NCBI GenBank assembly: GCA_947625875.1
Contig: CANQQG010000002.1
Coordinates: 15,139-79,138 of the forward strand
DNA length: 64,000 nt
DNA from: an uncultured Lachnospiraceae bacterium
GTDB lineage: Bacteria; Bacillota; Clostridia; Lachnospirales; Lachnospiraceae
Reading direction: 5' to 3'
The position numbers and the translations under genes are program-made. The notes below the pieces were generated by a model. It saw only the letters and a program-made list of their open reading frames with translations, did no database searches and was not told the origin of the DNA. Shown one piece after another: positions 1 through 10,386 of the stretch; the stretch's first letter is position 1, and the number at the start of each line of letters is the position of its first letter.

Positions 1-1797
1 AATACGGATAAGAAGGTGTACCGGATCAGTTTCAATGAGATCACGCAGAGCGCGGTCAAGGCGTCGTTAAAGCAGCCGCGCGAGATCGACATGGATCTGG
101 TCAACGCGCAGCAGGCGCGCAGGATCCTGGACCGTATGGTGGGCTACGAGATCAGCCCGGTGCTTTGGGGCAAGGTGAAGCGCGGCCTGAGCGCGGGGCG
201 CGTGCAGTCGGTGGCGCTGCGCATCATTGCGGACAGGGAAAGCGAGATCAGCGCGTTCATACCGGAGGAATACTGGACGATAGAAGCCGCGTTTTCCATT
301 CCGGGCGAAAAAAAGAAGCTCGAAGCCAGATTTTACGGGACAGAAGAAGGAAAACTGAAAATCGCGTCGAAAGAGCAGGCGGACGGCATTCTGGAAGAAT
401 TGCGGGGCGCGGAGTATGAGGTGCTTGACGTGAAAAAAAGCGAGCGGGTAAAACGCGCGCCGTATCCGTTTACGACAAGCACCCTGCAGCAGGAGGCTTC
501 CAAAACACTGAATTTTTCCACGCAGAAGACGATGCGCCTGGCGCAGCAGCTGTATGAGGGCGTAGAGTTAAAAGGCGCGGGCACAGTCGGCCTGATCACG
601 TATTTGAGGACGGACTCGGTGCGTATTTCCGAGGGCGCGGACGCGCAGGCGCGCGATTACATCGCAAAAAATTACGGCGCGCAGTATGTGGCGGGCGCGC
701 AGGCGGAAAAGAAAACGGCGGGCAGGATCCAGGATGCGCATGAAGCCATCCGCCCGACGGATATTGCCCGGACGCCGACGGCGGTAAAAGAATCGCTGTC
801 GCGGGATCAGTTCCGCCTTTACCAGCTGATCTGGCGCAGGTTTGCCGCAAGCCGCATGAGCGCGGCAAAATATGAGACGACAGGCGTTAAGATCGGAGCC
901 GGGAAATACCGCCTGTCCGTATCCGCCTCAAGGATTGCGTTTGACGGGTTTTTATCGGTTTATACGAGCGATGAGGATGAAAAGGCGGAAAACAATGTTT
1001 TATTAAAGTCGATCGACCGGACGACGCAGCTTGCGCTCGCGGACGCGCACGGCACACAGCATTTCACGCAGCCGCCCGCGCATTATACCGAGGCCTCGCT
1101 CGTAAAGACGCTCGAGGAGCATGGCATCGGCAGGCCGAGTACGTATGCCCCGACGATCACGACGCTGCTCGCGCGGCGTTACGTCATAAAAGAAAATAAA
1201 AATCTGTATATGACGGAGCTTGGGGATGCGGTCAACGCCATCATGAAAGAGGCCTTTGCGACGATCGTGGACGAGGGCTTTACCGCCAATATGGAAAGCC
1301 TGCTGGATAAAGTGGAAGAGGGCGAGCTGGACTGGAAGACCATCATCAGCAATTTCTACCCGGATCTGGAGGCGGCGGTGCAGGAGGCGGAAAAACGCCT
1401 GGAAAAGGTGCAGATCGCGGAAGAGGTGACGGACGTGGTCTGCGAGGAGTGCGGGCGCAACATGGTCGTCAAATACGGCCCGCATGGAAAGTTCCTTGCC
1501 TGTCCCGGTTTTCCGGACTGCCGCAATACAAAGCCGTATTATGAAAAGGCGGGCGTCGCCTGCCCGCAGTGCGGCAAAGAGATCGTGATCCGCAAGACGA
1601 AAAAAGGCAGGCGTTTTTTTGGGTGTGAAAACAATCCGGAATGCGATTTTATGTCGTGGCAGCGCCCGTCGGAGAAAAAATGCCCGAAATGCGGCACGTA
1701 CATGCTTGAAAAAGGAAACAAGCTCGTATGCGCCGGAGAACAGTGCGGCTATGTGGAAGAAAAACCAAAAAAAGGGAATGTTTCGGAAATCGGATAA
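1..1797 (+). CDS. topA: DNA topoisomerase I (5' end outside window)
   Basis: Open frame from base 1. Type IA motifs SAGRVQS, LITYLRTDS (catalytic Tyr region) and GIGRPSTYA; C-terminal C4 zinc ribbons. Confidence 0.97.
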   Translation, partial: NTDKKVYRISFNEITQSAVKASLKQPREIDMDLVNAQQARRILDRMVGYEISPVLWGKVKRGLSAGRVQSVALRIIADRESEISAFIPEEYWTIEAAFSIPGEKKKLEARFYGTEEGKLKIASKEQADGILEELRGAEYEVLDVKKSERVKRAPYPFTTSTLQQEASKTLNFSTQKTMRLAQQLYEGVELKGAGTVGLITYLRTDSVRISEGADAQARDYIAKNYGAQYVAGAQAEKKTAGRIQDAHEAIRPTDIARTPTAVKESLSRDQFRLYQLIWRRFAASRMSAAKYETTGVKIGAGKYRLSVSASRIAFDGFLSVYTSDEDEKAENNVLLKSIDRTTQLALADAHGTQHFTQPPAHYTEASLVKTLEEHGIGRPSTYAPTITTLLARRYVIKENKNLYMTELGDAVNAIMKEAFATIVDEGFTANMESLLDKVEEGELDWKTIISNFYPDLEAAVQEAEKRLEKVQIAEEVTDVVCEECGRNMVVKYGPHGKFLACPGFPDCRNTKPYYEKAGVACPQCGKEIVIRKTKKGRRFFGCENNPECDFMSWQRPSEKKCPKCGTYMLEKGNKLVCAGEQCGYVEEKPKKGNVSEIG

Positions 1798-1813
1798 ATT
1801 TACAAAATATTTA

Positions 1814-1842
1814 TTGAGTTATCAGAAAGAGAATGTTATAAT
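1814..1842 (+). promoter_or_regulatory. sigmaA-type promoter of codY
   Basis: TTGAGT (1814-1819), 17-bp spacer, TATAAT (1837-1842) with extended -10 TG. Confidence 0.7.
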
Positions 1843-1896
1843 ACTTCCAAAGCTTTGAGTTGTTAATGGGGAATCGTTCGCAGAGAGGAGGCGCAA

Positions 1897-2682
1897 ATGA
1901 GTGTTCAACTGTTAGATAAAACGAGGAAGATCAATAAACTGCTGCATAATAACAATAAGTCCAAGGTTGTGTTTAACGATATCTGTGACGTCATGACGGA
2001 TATCCTTGAGTCCAGCATACTGGTCATCAGCAAAAAAGGGAAAGTGCTTGGAACCGGCCACAGTGACGACATACCGGAGATTTCAGAGCTGATCGTAGAT
2101 GAAGTGGGCGGTTTTATTGACGCCATGTTAAATGAGCGCCTGCTCGGCATTCTTTCGACAAAGGAAAATGTAAATCTCGAAACGCTGGGATTTATGCTGG
2201 ATGCGAAAAAATATTCGGCGATCATTACACCGATCGATATCGGCGGGGAGCGTCTCGGCACGCTGTTTGTATACCGCGGCGACAATCCGTACGATATTGA
2301 CGATATCATTCTCTGCGAATATGGCACAACGGTTGTCGGGCTTGAGATGATGCGTTCTGTCAATGAAGAAAATGAAGAGGAGACAAGGAAAGTCCAGGTT
2401 GTGCGCTCCGCGCTCAGCACATTGTCATTTTCCGAATTGGAAGCGATCATCCATATTTTTGACGAGCTTGACGGGACGGAAGGGATCCTTGTGGCGAGCA
2501 AGGTGGCGGACCGCGTCGGGATCACGCGTTCGGTTATTGTAAATGCCCTGCGCAAGTTTGAGAGCGCGGGCGTCATCGAATCCCGTTCCTCGGGAATGAA
2601 AGGGACTTACATCAAGGTCATAAACGATGTGGTATTTGACGAACTTGCGGCGCTGAAAAAGAAAAACCAGAAGACAATATAA
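1897..2682 (+). CDS. codY: GTP/BCAA-sensing transcriptional repressor CodY
   Basis: N-terminal GAF domain; C-terminal wHTH ASKVADRVGITRSVIVNALRKFESAGVIESRSSGMKGT; topA-codY-flgB order. Confidence 0.97.
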   Translation: MSVQLLDKTRKINKLLHNNNKSKVVFNDICDVMTDILESSILVISKKGKVLGTGHSDDIPEISELIVDEVGGFIDAMLNERLLGILSTKENVNLETLGFMLDAKKYSAIITPIDIGGERLGTLFVYRGDNPYDIDDIILCEYGTTVVGLEMMRSVNEENEEETRKVQVVRSALSTLSFSELEAIIHIFDELDGTEGILVASKVADRVGITRSVIVNALRKFESAGVIESRSSGMKGTYIKVINDVVFDELAALKKKNQKTI

Positions 2683-2731
2683 AGGGCGACAGGGAAGTTG
2701 TCTGACATAATACGGAGAAAAGGGAGTTTAT

Positions 2732-2757
2732 AGGAAGAGCTATAGGCTTCCTTTTTT
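2732..2757 (+). terminator. intrinsic terminator after codY
   Basis: AGGAAG...CTTCCT stem followed by a T run. Confidence 0.6.
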
Positions 2758-2831
2758 GTCAAAATATGGAAGGAAATGGGGAGGTAAAATACAAGATCGT
2801 GTAAAAATTTAAAAAATATATAAAATTTTGC

Positions 2832-2859
2832 TTGTAATAATTTTGTATTTCACTATAAT
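2832..2859 (+). promoter_or_regulatory. candidate sigmaA promoter of the fla/che operon
   Basis: TTGTAA (2832-2837), 16 bp, TATAAT (2854-2859) in an AT-rich region. Confidence 0.5.
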
Positions 2860-2904
2860 GTAATATAGAATAATATGAGAATGGATAAAAACAGGAGGAG
2901 AAGT

Positions 2905-3306
2905 ATGTTTAGCTCGACGGCATTTGATTATATCAATGTCCTGGATAAAGCGGCGGACGCGAGCTGGCTGCGGGAGAATACGCTCGCGAATAACCTTGCG
3001 AACGCGTCGACGCCTGATTATAAGCGCTATGACGTTGATTTCCAGTCGTTGTTGGAGATGGAACTGACGGATTCCAAATATAACAGAAGCCTCAACAGCA
3101 AGATTCACGATATCCATCTGGATCACCTGACGGCTACGGCGCAGATGGACATGGCAAAAGAAAACTACTCTTATCGCGCGGACGGCAATAATGTGGACAT
3201 CCATACGGAAAATGTGGAGCTGGCTTCTGAGCAGATCCGTTACAGCGCGCTTACGGACAGCATTACGCAGGAATTTACCAGAATGCGTACGGCGATGGGC
3301 AGATAA
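2905..3306 (+). CDS. flgB: flagellar basal-body rod protein FlgB
   Basis: LANNLANASTPDYKRYDV and DGNNVDI motifs; AGGAGG RBS before ATG 2905. Confidence 0.95.
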   Translation: MFSSTAFDYINVLDKAADASWLRENTLANNLANASTPDYKRYDVDFQSLLEMELTDSKYNRSLNSKIHDIHLDHLTATAQMDMAKENYSYRADGNNVDIHTENVELASEQIRYSALTDSITQEFTRMRTAMGR

Positions 3307-3341
3307 GCTATTTGTAGAAAAACATAAAGGGGATGAATGGT

Positions 3342-3788
3342 ATGGGATTATTCCAGGCATTTGATATCAGCGCGTCCGGCATGACGGCGCAGCAGTTCCG
3401 CGCCGATATCATATCGGAAAATCTTGCAAATCTGAATACAACAAGAACGGAGGACGGCACGACCTACCGCAGAAAGATCGTTTCTTTCGCAGAAAAGGGA
3501 AACGATACGTTTGAGCGTTACCTGACAGAAGCGACGAGGCGCGGCAGCCATGTGGGGAATGGCGTAAAGGTAACCGGCGTGTATGAGGACGACAGTACGG
3601 ATTTTATCATGGAGTATGATCCGTCGCATCCGGATGCGGATGAAAACGGCTATGTTTCGTACCCAAATGTAAATATTGTGACGGAGATGACAAACCTGAT
3701 CGACGCAAACCGCGCCTATGAGGCGAATATTACGGCGTTTAACGCCAGCAAGTCCATGGCGCAGGCGGGATTGCAGATCGGTAAATAG
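3342..3788 (+). CDS. flgC: flagellar basal-body rod protein FlgC
   Basis: ISASGMTAQ, SENLAN, YDPSHPDA, YPNVN...EM, RAYEAN motifs. Confidence 0.96.
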   Translation: MGLFQAFDISASGMTAQQFRADIISENLANLNTTRTEDGTTYRRKIVSFAEKGNDTFERYLTEATRRGSHVGNGVKVTGVYEDDSTDFIMEYDPSHPDADENGYVSYPNVNIVTEMTNLIDANRAYEANITAFNASKSMAQAGLQIGK

Positions 3789-3852
3789 GAAAAGCCTTCA
3801 CAATAAATAAAAACGGGATAAATAAAATTAAAAAAGACAGGAGAGAGCGAAC

Positions 3853-4170
3853 ATGGATGTTTCGGGCATTGCCGGCGCTGCGTTTGCAGGAATACAGACG
3901 CCGGAAGAGCAGTTTCGCATTGCGGCGGGGGCGACAGAGGAAGAGAACTTTGACAGTGTGTTCCAGTCGGCATTAAATATGGTTACGGAAACGAGTGATT
4001 TACATAATCAGGCAAACGAAGAAGTGATACGGTTTGCGCTTGGGCAGGCGGAAAATACACACGATCTGTTGATTGCACAGCAGAAGGCAAATATGGCTCT
4101 GCAGTATACCGTTGCCGTAAAAGACGGGATCGTGGACGCATACAAAGAGATCATGCAGATGCAGATCTAA
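3853..4170 (+). CDS. fliE: flagellar hook-basal body protein FliE
   Basis: 105 aa; HDLLIAQQKANMALQYTVAVKD...AYKEIMQMQI C-terminus. Confidence 0.93.
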   Translation: MDVSGIAGAAFAGIQTPEEQFRIAAGATEEENFDSVFQSALNMVTETSDLHNQANEEVIRFALGQAENTHDLLIAQQKANMALQYTVAVKDGIVDAYKEIMQMQI

Positions 4171-4208
4171 AATCTGAAAAAAGAGTAGTAGACGGAGTGT
4201 GAATAAAG

Positions 4209-5825
4209 ATGCCTGACAGGTTAAGGGAAATACTGAATAACATAGTGGCATGGTGGAAGCGTTTTACAAGGAAACAACAGGCGATCATCGTGAGCTCGGC
4301 GCTTGTCGTGGCGCTTGCCATCGGGATACTGGCGTTTGTTCTGAGCCGTCCCGAGATGGTGCAGATCAAAGTGTGTGAAACGCAGAAAGAAGCCGCTACG
4401 GTGCGTGATCTGCTGGAAGAGGAAGGGATATACCATGAGATCTCGGATGACGGCCTGACCTTTACGATAAAAAAGAAGGATATGTCGGCGGCGAGCATCC
4501 TGCTCGGCTCAAACCAGATCGAGACCGAAGACGCGCAGCTAAAGGAGATCCTGAGCGGCGGCCTGAGCTCGACCGAAGATGACAAGGCGAAATGGTATCA
4601 GGACTACCAGCAAAAAGAACTGGCAGAGATTTTAGAGTCGCTCAATAATGTAGAACACGCGGAGGTCCTGCTGGATCTCCCGAAGGATGACGGCACCTTA
4701 AAGACGTCACAGGAAGAGGCTTCCGCGTCCGTTTTTCTGACGCTTGACGGGGAAATGGAAGAGGAGCAGGCGATCGGGCTTGCAAAAATGGTTGCCACAA
4801 GGCTTGGCAATGAGACGACGGACAATATTGCGATCATGGACAGCAATATGAACCTGCTCTTTGCGGGCGGGACGGACAGCTCGACGGTCAGCGCGTCTAC
4901 GGCGCAGCTCTCGACCAAGCAGAAGACAGAGGCGATGGTCGAAAGCCAGGTGAAGAAAGTCTTTACCGGGACAGGCCTTTACCAGAGCGTGGACGTCGGC
5001 ACGAATATCGCGCTCAATCTGGATGAAAACGAAGTGACCGATTTGCAGTATTCCGTACCGGAAGGGCGCGACGAGGGTTATCTGGATACGGAGTCCGCCT
5101 ATGAATCGGAATCAGAAGGCGGCGTAACGGGCGTGCCGGGCACGGATTCAAACGGGGAGGACGGCGCGTATGTCATTGAGGACGGCAGCAATTCCTCCCA
5201 GACGATTACGGATTATACGAGAAAATACGATGTGAACCAGCGGGTGGAAAAATCCAAAAGCGCGATTGGGGACATTGACTATGAAAACTCCTCGCTTTCG
5301 ATCTCGGCAAGGCAGTATGTGAAATATGACGAGGACACGTTAAAGGCAAACGGTACGCTGGATGATATGTCGTTTGAGGAGTACCGCGCGCAGATTGAGG
5401 CGCAGCCGAAAGAAAAGCTGACGGTCGACCAGGATCTGTATACGCTTGTCTCCAATGCAACGGGCATCGCGGAAGACAGGATCACGATCGTGGCGTATGC
5501 GGAGCCGGTGTTTATTACATCTTCCGGCAGCGGCAGGACGCTCTCGGATTATCTTGAGATCCTGCTTGCCGTACTGATCTTTGCGCTGCTTGGCTTTGTC
5601 GTATTCATGAGCATGAGGAAGGACAAGCAGGAGGAAGTCGAGCCGGAGCTTTCGGTGGAATCTTTGTTAGCGGCGACGCGTGAAGAAGAGGAAGAAGAAA
5701 ACCTGGAGGATATCGGCTTCAAAGAAAAATCAGAGGCGCGTATGCTGATTGAAAAGTTTGTGGATGAAAAGCCGGAAGCGGTCGCATCGCTGCTCCGCAA
5801 CTGGCTGAATGAGGACTGGGAATAA
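4209..5825 (+). CDS. fliF: flagellar MS-ring protein FliF
   Basis: Two TM segments flanking a large extracytoplasmic region; GVPGTDSN motif; C-terminal ASLLRNWL; lies between fliE and fliG. Confidence 0.92.
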   Translation: MPDRLREILNNIVAWWKRFTRKQQAIIVSSALVVALAIGILAFVLSRPEMVQIKVCETQKEAATVRDLLEEEGIYHEISDDGLTFTIKKKDMSAASILLGSNQIETEDAQLKEILSGGLSSTEDDKAKWYQDYQQKELAEILESLNNVEHAEVLLDLPKDDGTLKTSQEEASASVFLTLDGEMEEEQAIGLAKMVATRLGNETTDNIAIMDSNMNLLFAGGTDSSTVSASTAQLSTKQKTEAMVESQVKKVFTGTGLYQSVDVGTNIALNLDENEVTDLQYSVPEGRDEGYLDTESAYESESEGGVTGVPGTDSNGEDGAYVIEDGSNSSQTITDYTRKYDVNQRVEKSKSAIGDIDYENSSLSISARQYVKYDEDTLKANGTLDDMSFEEYRAQIEAQPKEKLTVDQDLYTLVSNATGIAEDRITIVAYAEPVFITSSGSGRTLSDYLEILLAVLIFALLGFVVFMSMRKDKQEEVEPELSVESLLAATREEEEEENLEDIGFKEKSEARMLIEKFVDEKPEAVASLLRNWLNEDWE

Positions 5826-5849
5826 AAAGATGTATGGTACGGGGGAACT

Positions 5850-6860
5850 ATGGCGGATAAGGAAAAAATGAATGGCGTCCAGAAGGCGGCGGTGTTACTG
5901 ATCGCGCTCGGGCCGGAAAAATCAGCAAATATTTTTAAATATTTAAAAGAAGATGAAATTGAGGAGCTCACGCTGGAGATTGCGAACACAAGAAGCATTT
6001 CCCCGCAGATCAAAGAGGATGTGATTGAGGAGTTTTATCAGGTGTGCCTTGCACAGCAGTACATAGCGGAAGGCGGTATCGGATATGCGAAAGAATTGCT
6101 GGATAAGGCGCTTGGGCAGGACAAGGCGCAGGAAGTGATCACCAAGCTGACAGCGTCCCTGCAGGTGCGTCCGTTTGAATTTGTGCGCAAGACGGATCCG
6201 AGCCAGGTATTGAACTTTATTCAGGATGAGCACCCGCAGACAATCGCCATGATTTTGTCTTATCTGTCCCCAAATCAGGCGTCTATGATCATCGGGGCGC
6301 TTGATCCGGATAAACAGGCGGATGTTGCAAAGCGTATTGCGATGATGGACCGGACGTCTCCGGACGTCATCAAAGAGGTGGAGAGCGTATTGGAGAGAAA
6401 GCTGTCTTCTCTGGCAAATCAGGATTACACGATCGTCGGCGGCGTCGATGCGATCGTCAGCATTTTGAATACGGTAGACCGAAGCACAGAAAAGCACATT
6501 ATGGAAACGCTCGAAGTCGAAGAGCCGGAACTGGCGGACGAGATCCGCAAAAAGATGTTCGTATTCGAAGACATCCTTTTGCTGGACGACCGCGCGATTC
6601 AGCGTGTGCTGCGTGATGTTGAAAATAACGACCTTGCGATCGCGCTGAAAGGTTCGAATGATGAAGTCAAAGGCGTTATCCTCAAGAACCTGTCGAAGCG
6701 TCTCGCTTCTATGATCGAAGAGGATATGGAATTCATGGGTCCAGTAAGGATGAAAGACGTAGAAGAAGCGCAGCAGAAGATTGTCGCTGTTATCCGTAAG
6801 CTCGAAGATGCCGCTGAAATTGTTATTTCAAGAGGCGGAGGTGACGAGATCGTTGTCTAA
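5850..6860 (+). CDS. fliG: flagellar motor switch protein FliG
   Basis: QKAAVLLIALG, EHPQTIA, MFVFEDI, GPVRMKDVEEAQ. Confidence 0.97.
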   Translation: MADKEKMNGVQKAAVLLIALGPEKSANIFKYLKEDEIEELTLEIANTRSISPQIKEDVIEEFYQVCLAQQYIAEGGIGYAKELLDKALGQDKAQEVITKLTASLQVRPFEFVRKTDPSQVLNFIQDEHPQTIAMILSYLSPNQASMIIGALDPDKQADVAKRIAMMDRTSPDVIKEVESVLERKLSSLANQDYTIVGGVDAIVSILNTVDRSTEKHIMETLEVEEPELADEIRKKMFVFEDILLLDDRAIQRVLRDVENNDLAIALKGSNDEVKGVILKNLSKRLASMIEEDMEFMGPVRMKDVEEAQQKIVAVIRKLEDAAEIVISRGGGDEIVV

Positions 6861-7662
6861 TGTAGTAAAATGGCAGTATGCAAAGCCGGTGGAGGATAAC
6901 AATACAAGGCTGATCGACAGCAATCTGCTTCTGATCGGGCAGATGGCGAAGCAAAAAAAGGAGAAAGCTCCGGATGGGGAGGCGGCGCCGGCTCCGGTCG
7001 GCTTTACCGCAGGGCTTGCGGCGGAGGCAGTTGAGCAGGAGCCCGAGCCGGAAATTGATTATGTGGTGCTTGCAAAAGAAGAAGCGGAACAGATGCGTTC
7101 GGCCGCGATCGCGGAAGCGGAGACGATTCTGATCCGGGCAAAAGAAGAGGCGGAAAACCTCAAAGTAAGCACAGAACAGGAAGCTGAGCGCAAAGGCTAT
7201 GAGGAAGGAATGGCAAAGGCGCAGGCGGAAGAGGAAAAGATGCGTCAGCAGTTTGAGCAGCGGCGTCAGGCGCTGGAGCAGGATTATCAGCAAAAGCTTG
7301 CGCAGATGGAGCCGGATATCATGGAGGCAGTCATAAAAGTGTTTGACCGGGTATTCCACACATCTTTTTGCGATAAACAGGAGATTTTGCTGTATCTGAT
7401 ACAAAAGACGGTGCAGAATGCGAAAGAGAGCGGGACGTTCCGTATTCGTGTCAGTGAAGAAGATTATGAATTTATAAGAAAATACAGGCAGGAAATTATC
7501 CAGAGAGTGGGCGGTGAGATTACGCTGGATATCCTTTCGGACGAGATGATGGCGGAAAGCCAGTGTACGATAGATACAGATGAGGGGATTTTTGACTGCA
7601 GCGTGGACGTCCAGCTGGACAATCTGATCAAAGATCTGCAGCTGCTGTCCTGCATGGCATAA
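6853..7662 (+). CDS. fliH: flagellar assembly protein FliH
   Basis: TTG start overlapping the fliG end; AxxxGxxxG-type repeat (AERKGYEEGMAKA); C-terminal GIFDCSVDVQL. Confidence 0.85.
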   Translation: MSNVVKWQYAKPVEDNNTRLIDSNLLLIGQMAKQKKEKAPDGEAAPAPVGFTAGLAAEAVEQEPEPEIDYVVLAKEEAEQMRSAAIAEAETILIRAKEEAENLKVSTEQEAERKGYEEGMAKAQAEEEKMRQQFEQRRQALEQDYQQKLAQMEPDIMEAVIKVFDRVFHTSFCDKQEILLYLIQKTVQNAKESGTFRIRVSEEDYEFIRKYRQEIIQRVGGEITLDILSDEMMAESQCTIDTDEGIFDCSVDVQLDNLIKDLQLLSCMA

Positions 7663-7693
7663 AACCGAATAAATATCCGGGGGCTGGATATTC

Positions 7694-9004
7694 ATGAATG
7701 AGAGATTTGAAAAATATCTTTCTCTGGCGGATAAGAATTATTTTAACCGCTACGGAAAGGTGATGAAAGTAGTCGGGCTTACGATTGAGTCGGTCGGGCC
7801 GGATGCAAAATTAAATGATTTATGCAAAATACAGGTTGATAAAGAAAAAGATTTATACGTAATGGCTGAGGTGGTGGGATTCCGCGATAAGCGCCTGCTG
7901 CTGATGCCGTTTGAGAGCATAGAGGGGATCGGCGTGGGATGTATCGTGGAAAATACGGGGCATCCGCTGTCCGTTCTGGTGGGCGACGGGATCCTCGGGC
8001 ACACGCTTGACGGGCTTGGAAGGCCGACCGATACGGACAGTCTGGAACTGACCGAGGAATACCCGGTAGAGGCGATGCCGCCGGATCCGATGGCGCGCGT
8101 GATCATTAATGAGGTATTGCCGCTTGGCGTAAAGGCGGTCGATGGGCTGATCACAGTGGGAAAAGGGCAGCGTATCGGCATCTTTGCCGGTTCCGGCGTC
8201 GGAAAGAGTACGCTGATGGGTATGTTTGCCCGCAATACGAGGGCGGATATTAACGTCATTGCGCTCATTGGGGAGCGCGGGCGTGAGGTGCGCGAGTTTA
8301 TCGAACACGATCTGGGCGAAGAGGGCATGAGACGCTCGGTGGTCGTTGTGGCGACTTCGGATAAACCGGCGCTGATCCGCAATAAGGCGGCGAAGACCGC
8401 GACCGCGATCGCAGAATATTTTCGGGATCAGGGGAAAGACGTCCTGCTTATGATGGACTCCCTGACGCGATTTTCCATGGCACAGCGGGAGATCGGGCTG
8501 GCGTCGGGCGAGCCGCCGGTGACAAGAGGGTATCCGCCGAGCATTTATTCGGAGATGCCAAAACTGCTCGAACGCGCCGGAAATTCGGATAAGGGTTCTA
8601 TTACCGGGCTTTATACCGTATTAGTAGATGGAGATGACTTTAACGAGCCGATTACGGATACCGCGAGAAGTATTCTGGACGGGCATATTGTTTTGTCGCG
8701 CAGGCTGGGGCAGAAAAACCATTATCCGGCGATTGACGTGCTGGCGAGCATTTCCCGATGCATGAGCGGGATCGCGTCGGCGGAGCACAAGCAGGCGGCG
8801 GGGAAATTGCGGAACGTGCTTGGCACATATGACGAGGCGGAGGATCTGATCAATATCGGCGCATATAAAAACGGTTCAAATGCGGAGATTGATTATGCGA
8901 TCCAGAAAATACAATCCGTCAACCGTTTCCTGATGCAGGATACGATGGAGAAATTTTCCTTTGAAGAGATCACCGGACAGCTGCAGGAGATTTTTGCGAG
9001 TTAG
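7694..9004 (+). CDS. fliI: flagellar export ATPase FliI
   Basis: Walker A GSGVGKST, DSLTRFSMAQRE, GHIVLSR. Confidence 0.97.
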   Translation: MNERFEKYLSLADKNYFNRYGKVMKVVGLTIESVGPDAKLNDLCKIQVDKEKDLYVMAEVVGFRDKRLLLMPFESIEGIGVGCIVENTGHPLSVLVGDGILGHTLDGLGRPTDTDSLELTEEYPVEAMPPDPMARVIINEVLPLGVKAVDGLITVGKGQRIGIFAGSGVGKSTLMGMFARNTRADINVIALIGERGREVREFIEHDLGEEGMRRSVVVVATSDKPALIRNKAAKTATAIAEYFRDQGKDVLLMMDSLTRFSMAQREIGLASGEPPVTRGYPPSIYSEMPKLLERAGNSDKGSITGLYTVLVDGDDFNEPITDTARSILDGHIVLSRRLGQKNHYPAIDVLASISRCMSGIASAEHKQAAGKLRNVLGTYDEAEDLINIGAYKNGSNAEIDYAIQKIQSVNRFLMQDTMEKFSFEEITGQLQEIFAS

Positions 9005-9018
9005 GAGCAGGATGGGAC

Positions 9019-9462
9019 ATGGCGAAATTTGTATTTAAAATGCAGAGCATTCTGGATATAAAACTGAAACTGGAAAGCCAGGCAAAGATCGCTTATGGCC
9101 AGGCGAACAGGAAACTGAAAGAAGAAGAAGGCGTCCTGCAGGCGCTGATCGCGCAGAGGGGCGTCTATGAAAAACGGGCGGTGGAGCTTGTAAACGGCAG
9201 GATCAATGTCCGCGACATCAGGGAAAACAGGCAGTCGATTGATATTATGAAATCCCGCATCCGCGCCCAGATGCTTGTGGTGCGCGCGGCGGAAAAGCAG
9301 GTAGAGGCGGCGCGGGAAAAACTGAATGAAGTGATGATCGAGCGCAAGACGTTTGAAAAGCTGCGGGAACACGCGTTTGAGGATTTTAAACAGGAAGTGG
9401 CGTATGAAGAAAATCAGGCAGTCAATGAGCTTGTCAGTTATACTTATCATGAGAGTGAGTGA
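9019..9462 (+). CDS. fliJ: flagellar export chaperone FliJ
   Basis: 147-aa coiled coil starting MAKFVFKMQSIL, directly after fliI. Confidence 0.9.
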   Translation: MAKFVFKMQSILDIKLKLESQAKIAYGQANRKLKEEEGVLQALIAQRGVYEKRAVELVNGRINVRDIRENRQSIDIMKSRIRAQMLVVRAAEKQVEAAREKLNEVMIERKTFEKLREHAFEDFKQEVAYEENQAVNELVSYTYHESE

Positions 9463-9516
9463 CGGCCGGCGTTTTCTTAGCTACGGAAATGCACGATAAA
9501 CAGGGAGGGCAGCGGC

Positions 9517-10386
9517 ATGGCGGAAGAAGCAGTTGCGGAGCAGGAATCCAGGGAAGATGCGAAAGCAAGGAAAGCGGAAGAAAAAGCGAAAAAGAAAGAA
9601 GAAAAAGCAAAAAAGAAAGCGGAGAAAAAAGCCGCAAAACAGGAAAATGAGATGGAAGAAGAGTCGGAAACCGGCGGCGGAAAGCTGGTTGTGGCGCTTG
9701 CGACCATTGTCATTATCGCAATCTGGCTTGGCATTTTAGCTTTGCTGGTCAGGCTGGATGTGGGCGGATTTGGCTCTACGGTGCTTTACCCGATCTTAAA
9801 AGATGTAAAATATGTCAACCGGATACTGCCGGAGGTAAAACCGGAAGAAGGGGAGGACGCCAATCCGGATTATCCGTATAAAACGATGGATGAAGCGGTC
9901 GCGCGGATTCAGCAGTTAGAAAAGAGCCTGGCAAAGGCAAAGAAGAAGAACAGTAATGACAGCGCGACGATCGAGGATCTCCAGGCGCAGATACGTCGGC
10001 TGAAAAAATATCAGCAGAATGAAGCGGCATTTGAAGAGGAAAAGCAGGCGTTTTATGAAGAGGTCGTCTTTGCGGACGAGGCGCCGGATATCTCGGAGTA
10101 TCAGAAATATTATGAGATGATCGATCCGGATAATGCGGAAATCCTTTATAAAGAGGTTATCGAGCAGCAACAGTATGACGATAATTTAGATGAATACGTT
10201 GCGACTTATTCTTCTATGAAACCGGCGGCGGCAGCGGCGCTTTTTGATACGATGACGGATAATCTGAAGCTTGTTGCGCGGATTCTGGATAATATGGGTT
10301 CGGAGGATCGGGCAAATATCCTTGCGGCGATGAATCCGGAAACGGCTGCAAAACTGACAGAAATGTTAGAGCCGGAACAGAATTAA
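9517..10386 (+). CDS. MotE/YlxF-like flagellar protein with C-terminal MgtE-N-like repeats
   Basis: K/E-rich N-terminus, one TM segment, coiled coil, YSSMKP.AAA..F...M...RANILAAM motif; position between fliJ and fliK. Confidence 0.7.
   Translation: MAEEAVAEQESREDAKARKAEEKAKKKEEKAKKKAEKKAAKQENEMEEESETGGGKLVVALATIVIIAIWLGILALLVRLDVGGFGSTVLYPILKDVKYVNRILPEVKPEEGEDANPDYPYKTMDEAVARIQQLEKSLAKAKKKNSNDSATIEDLQAQIRRLKKYQQNEAAFEEEKQAFYEEVVFADEAPDISEYQKYYEMIDPDNAEILYKEVIEQQQYDDNLDEYVATYSSMKPAAAAALFDTMTDNLKLVARILDNMGSEDRANILAAMNPETAAKLTEMLEPEQN

Noticed and set aside
2760-2904. c-di-GMP riboswitch or invertible flagellar switch upstream of flgB, as in C. difficile
   Set aside because: No GEMM-type GCAAA/GAAA/GGGACGCAAAGC pattern, no long inverted repeats and no recombinase gene seen.
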